In this document: piece by piece, positions 22,916-25,856 of the stretch
Layout of the letters: every line of letters starts with the position of its first letter
Position numbering within the stretch: position 1 is the first letter of the stretch
DNA from: a virus
Taxonomy: Duplodnaviria > Caudoviricetes
Direction: 5' to 3' (one strand)
IMG/VR virus record: IMGVR_UViG_3300048803_000001
Coordinates: 1-25,856 of that record
DNA length: 25,856 nucleotides
Program-made: the position numbers and the translations under genes
The notes under the pieces: model-generated
Databases searched by the model: none
What the model was told of the DNA's origin: nothing
Seen by the model: only the letters and a program-made list of their open reading frames with translations

Positions 22916-23106
22916 GAGGCGGCCCGGATGGTCTGCTGCGCGCGCACCTCGCGCAGACGCAGGCAGAAGCACGCGTGGAAAGCGTCGTCAGCGTCCAGTT
23001 GCCACGAGAACGGGCGCCAGGGGTGGTACTCGCTCGGACGCGTCTGGACGACGGTGGTGTCGGACGGGTCGAGGCGGTATTGGCGCGGAACGGTCACGGT
23101 CAGCAC
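22912..23106 (-). CDS. Small hypothetical protein (64 aa)
   Basis: GTG at 23106 overlaps the helicase TAG; its stop overlaps the methyltransferase ATG. Confidence 0.6.
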   Translation of the reverse strand: MLTVTVPRQYRLDPSDTTVVQTRPSEYHPWRPFSWQLDADDAFHACFCLRLREVRAQQTIRAAS

Positions 23107-24323
23107 TACAGACCCCCTTCCTGGTCTACGGGCTTGAATCGCTGCTCGTCGCCGCAGAAGTGCAGCGGGTAGCAGCCGGGCACGGAGTGGCGCGACTTGG
23201 CAAAGTCGATGAACGCCACGTCGTCGGGGAGCAGGTATCGCGCGGCTCTCCACTCGTCGAGCAGCGCGTCGTCGGGCTTCCCCATGACGGCCACGGTGTC
23301 GGCGTCCTGCTCAAGCGAGCCGGTGCCGCGCAGGTCGGCGATGGTCGGTCGGCGCGATTCCTTCGCAACGTCGCGGGAGAGCTGCGACAGCGCGATGACC
23401 ACGAGGCCGGTCTGACGGGCGAGGCGCTTGAGATCCTTCGACGACTGCGCCATGACCTCCCACTTCACGGACCCGGTGGCGAGGCCGAAGTAGTCGATGA
23501 TGACCACGCGCCCGCCCCGGGCGGCGAAGGCCCGGCAAGCCAGCACCATCGCCTCGAAGGTCGGAGCGGAGTCGTCGATGGACAGCGCCAAGCCCTCCAT
23601 GTCGCGTGTGGCGTCGGCGACGTGGCCCCGTGTGGCGTCGGACACGCCGCGGCGCAGTGAGCCCACGGTGAGCGCAAGGCGCCCGGCCACGATGCGGTCG
23701 AAGAGCTGTTCGCCGGCCATCTCGAAGCTGAAGAATCCGACCGGGATCTCGGATGCCCAACGCACGGCGCTCTGCAACGCGAGTACGGTCTTCCCGACAC
23801 CGGGCCGCGCGCCGATGACCACGAAGTCACCCTCGGCCAGCGGCACGCTCTCGGCTCCGTCGATGCGAACGCAGAACGTCGCGGTCGTCAGCGTCTCAAG
23901 ACGCCGGGTTCGGTAGTCGGCGATCGGCGTCAGGCCGCTTGAGCCGTGCTGCGACAGCGCGTCGATGGCGGCGGTGATGGCGGCGTCGGGGTCGGTCGAG
24001 TCGTCGGCGGCAGCTCGAAGCTCCACCGCGACGCGCGTCATGCGCGCCCTGGTGGCGGCTTTGGTCACTGACGCCAGAGCCCCGGCGAAGCTGCCGTGGT
24101 AGCTCAAGGCGCGGTCGCCGAGCCAGTGCGCCTGTCGGGCGTCTCCGCCGATGAGTTCGACGATGGCGGAAGGCGTCACGTCACGGGTGGTCGATTGCAG
24201 CTCGACGATTGCCGCGTGGATCGGGCGAAGGTTCTCGGGAATCAGCGACGGGTCCACGTCGAATGCCCGCTCGGGCCGGGCGATCATGTGGCCGATGAGG
24301 TCGCCTGCCCTGTCCGTACTCAT
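23106..24323 (-). CDS. dnaB: Replicative DNA helicase, DnaB family (405 aa)
   Basis: True start ATG 24323 (ATGA overlap). Walker A GARPGVGKT, FSFEM, Walker B VVIIDY, ALSQLSR, PTIADLRGTGSLEQDAD. Confidence 0.95.
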   Translation of the reverse strand: MSTDRAGDLIGHMIARPERAFDVDPSLIPENLRPIHAAIVELQSTTRDVTPSAIVELIGGDARQAHWLGDRALSYHGSFAGALASVTKAATRARMTRVAVELRAAADDSTDPDAAITAAIDALSQHGSSGLTPIADYRTRRLETLTTATFCVRIDGAESVPLAEGDFVVIGARPGVGKTVLALQSAVRWASEIPVGFFSFEMAGEQLFDRIVAGRLALTVGSLRRGVSDATRGHVADATRDMEGLALSIDDSAPTFEAMVLACRAFAARGGRVVIIDYFGLATGSVKWEVMAQSSKDLKRLARQTGLVVIALSQLSRDVAKESRRPTIADLRGTGSLEQDADTVAVMGKPDDALLDEWRAARYLLPDDVAFIDFAKSRHSVPGCYPLHFCGDEQRFKPVDQEGGL

Positions 24324-25075
24324 GCCTCGGCCGCCGCTGCGTCGAGCGACGCCATGAACGCGGCTTCCTCGGCTTCCTTCGCTTGGCGCTGTTGCGGGGT
24401 CTGGTAGGGCTGCATCCCAACGTAGGTCACGGGCGCAGGAGCGGGGTGCAGCTCTTCGGGTGACAGGTTGTCGCACGCCCCGGCAAGGAACGCGACCGAT
24501 TGCTTTCCCTTGTCGGCGCAGACCTTCGCCGCGGCATTGACCCGCTCGACGCTGTTGACGCGGGCGATGGTCCGGCACTTCTCGACATCGGACGGTGACA
24601 GCGGGTTGCACTTCACGGACTCGGCGATCTCGCAGACCTCCGCGAATCCGTCCGGTTCGTCCTCGCGCGCGCGCACGAAGCCCCCAGCAGAAGCAGAAGC
24701 AGAAGCAGAAGCAGAAGCCGTCGGGCTAGGCCGGTTCTTAACCGGGGCTAGTTCGGGGCTTGGCAGGTCAGACGCCATTTCCCGATGGTGGATGTGTTGA
24801 TGCTTCGCGAAGTTGGGAACGACGAGCACCGGATTAGCCCCGGGCTTGCCCCGGACAATGAATCCGCGCTCAGCAAGCTCGGTGAGAAGCGCCTCTCCGT
24901 CCACGGTTTCGTACGGGAACGCGGACGCTGCGATGCGCCTGGGGCGGTCCTTGAGGACTCCCCTGCGATCGGCGATCTGCCACAGGTGGATGAACAGCAG
25001 CCGCGCGTGCGGTGAGCACTCCGCGAGTTCCTCGTTCTCGAAGAACTCGGGCTTGATCTGTCGGGTTCGGGCCAT
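24320..25075 (-). CDS. Phage replication initiator / replisome organiser (251 aa)
   Basis: MARTRQIKPEFFENEEL......ARLLFIHLW..ADRRG...P..I....FPY...VPNF.KHQH N-domain, low-complexity linker, DnaD-like helical C-domain; directly upstream of DnaB; GGGAGG RBS. Confidence 0.88.
   Translation of the reverse strand: MARTRQIKPEFFENEELAECSPHARLLFIHLWQIADRRGVLKDRPRRIAASAFPYETVDGEALLTELAERGFIVRGKPGANPVLVVPNFAKHQHIHHREMASDLPSPELAPVKNRPSPTASASASASASAGGFVRAREDEPDGFAEVCEIAESVKCNPLSPSDVEKCRTIARVNSVERVNAAAKVCADKGKQSVAFLAGACDNLSPEELHPAPAPVTYVGMQPYQTPQQRQAKEAEEAAFMASLDAAAAEA
24687..24718. repeat. (GCAGAA)x5 microsatellite encoding the Ala-Ser linker
   Basis: Five perfect 6-bp units plus GC. Confidence 0.9.
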
Positions 25076-25078
25076 GAC

Positions 25079-25450
25079 TTACCTCCCTTCGATGTCGATT
25101 GCGGACAGGACAGGCGGCAACCCGTGAGCCGCACGCCGGACGTTCACGCGCAACTGCGCCTGCTCGTCGAGCACGAGCGTGTAGCCCGCGTCGGTGGCTT
25201 CGATGCGAACCGTGCCGCCGTTGCGATGCGCCATGCCGTGACACGTGCCGGCGGTGTTTCCGGGGCCACAGAGCGACGGCCGCGGGATCAGCGGTTGCAG
25301 CGCCTTCGGGATGCGGCCTCTCGGCGGCTCGTGGTGCGAGTCGGGGAACGGAATGCCGCAGAGCAGGCAGGCGTGGCGCAAGACGCTCGGACCGCCGAGC
25401 ATCGCGGCGTCACGTGGGATGAGCGAGGATCCCTTCGGGATGGCGGTCAT
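25079..25450 (-). CDS. HNH-like (Zn-binding) nuclease-domain protein (123 aa)
   Basis: True start ATG 25450 (ATGA overlap). CLLCG....SHHEPPR...SLCG.GN..GTCHGMAH. Confidence 0.72.
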   Translation of the reverse strand: MTAIPKGSSLIPRDAAMLGGPSVLRHACLLCGIPFPDSHHEPPRGRIPKALQPLIPRPSLCGPGNTAGTCHGMAHRNGGTVRIEATDAGYTLVLDEQAQLRVNVRRAAHGLPPVLSAIDIEGR

Positions 25451-25856
25451 GGCGCGACGATGTTCTCGACCGGGACAGCCGAGTAGACCTTGATGTCGCC
25501 CTGGGAGCGATCGAGAAGGACTGCGAGCCCGGAGAGCTTGGACACGGACGTATTGTTCTGTCCGTAGACCGAGGGCTTTACGATGACGCTGTTGCCGTCG
25601 GCCCACTTGATGACGCTGTTGCCGTCGGCCCACTTGATGACGCTGTTGCCGGTGGCCCGCTCGATGACGCTGTTGCCGTCGGCCCGCTTGATGACGCTGT
25701 TGCCGGTGGCCCACTCGATGACGCTGTTGCCGTCGGCCCTCTCGATGACGCTGTTGCCGTCGGCCCGCTCGATGACGCTGTTGCCGTCGGCCCGCTCGAT
25801 GACGCTGTTGCCGTCGGCCCACTTGATGACGCTGTTGCCGGTGGCCCACTTGATGA
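25447..25856 (-). CDS. 9-residue-repeat (probable beta-solenoid) protein, 5' end outside the window
   Basis: Frame not in the ORF track: [K/E][W/R]A[D/T]GNSVI x10, then VKPSVYGQNNTSVSKLSGLAVLLDRSQGDIKVYSAVPVENIVAP*. GC-rich third positions; the stop overlaps the next ATG. Confidence 0.82.
   Translation of the reverse strand, partial: IKWATGNSVIKWADGNSVIERADGNSVIERADGNSVIERADGNSVIEWATGNSVIKRADGNSVIERATGNSVIKWADGNSVIKWADGNSVIVKPSVYGQNNTSVSKLSGLAVLLDRSQGDIKVYSAVPVENIVAP
25582..25856. repeat. 27-bp tandem repeat, at least 10 units (runs off the window)
   Basis: Unit GATGACGCTGTTGCC-G(TC/GT)-GGCCC-(A/G/T)CT(T/C). Confidence 0.95.

Noticed and set aside
23106-24611. Extended N-termini given by the ORF track for DnaB (also for the MTase, adaptor and neck genes)
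   Set aside because: Extensions overlap upstream genes; downstream starts with stop-start overlaps are better supported.
239-25493. Numerous long plus-strand ORFs (e.g. 1334-2683, 10566-12071, 12207-13277)
   Set aside because: Antisense shadows of GC-rich minus-strand genes with no recognisable motifs.
25079-25849. 256-aa ORF with RRQQRH repeats from the ORF track
   Set aside because: Wrong frame across the repeat; the GNSVI frame has proper codon bias and ends at an ATGA overlap that starts the HNH-like gene at 25450.
25582-25856. CRISPR array
   Set aside because: Units are head-to-tail with no unique spacers, the period is a multiple of 3, and it reads as a sensible protein repeat.

Overview
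GC-rich fragment of a tailed dsDNA (sipho-type) phage or prophage. All credible genes lie on the minus strand and many are coupled by ATGA/GTGA overlaps. In transcription order (right to left) the early block holds a 9-aa-repeat protein (partial), an HNH-like protein, a replication initiator, a DnaB helicase, a C5 DNA methyltransferase and small hypothetical genes. A ~350-bp non-coding region follows, with a TTGACA -35 box, a perfect CGAAC-N4-GTTCG (LexA-type) operator and several strong hairpins. The virion operon then runs terS, terL, a Mu-like head module (portal, gpF-like, protease with nested scaffold, decoration protein, major capsid), and an unusual 5.4-kb cassette (two HI1506/gp35-like paralogues, a lipoprotein, a beta-helix fibre with two small partners, a 596-aa modular repeat protein). 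It ends with neck genes, an Ig-domain major tail protein, a tail chaperone with a predicted -1 frameshift, tape measure and a distal-tail gene cut by the window edge. No integrase, transposase, lysis gene, tRNA or CRISPR array is visible. An Actinomycetota-like host is inferred from GC richness, RBS style and the SOS-box type. All family assignments come from motif recognition and synteny by eye; no database search was run.
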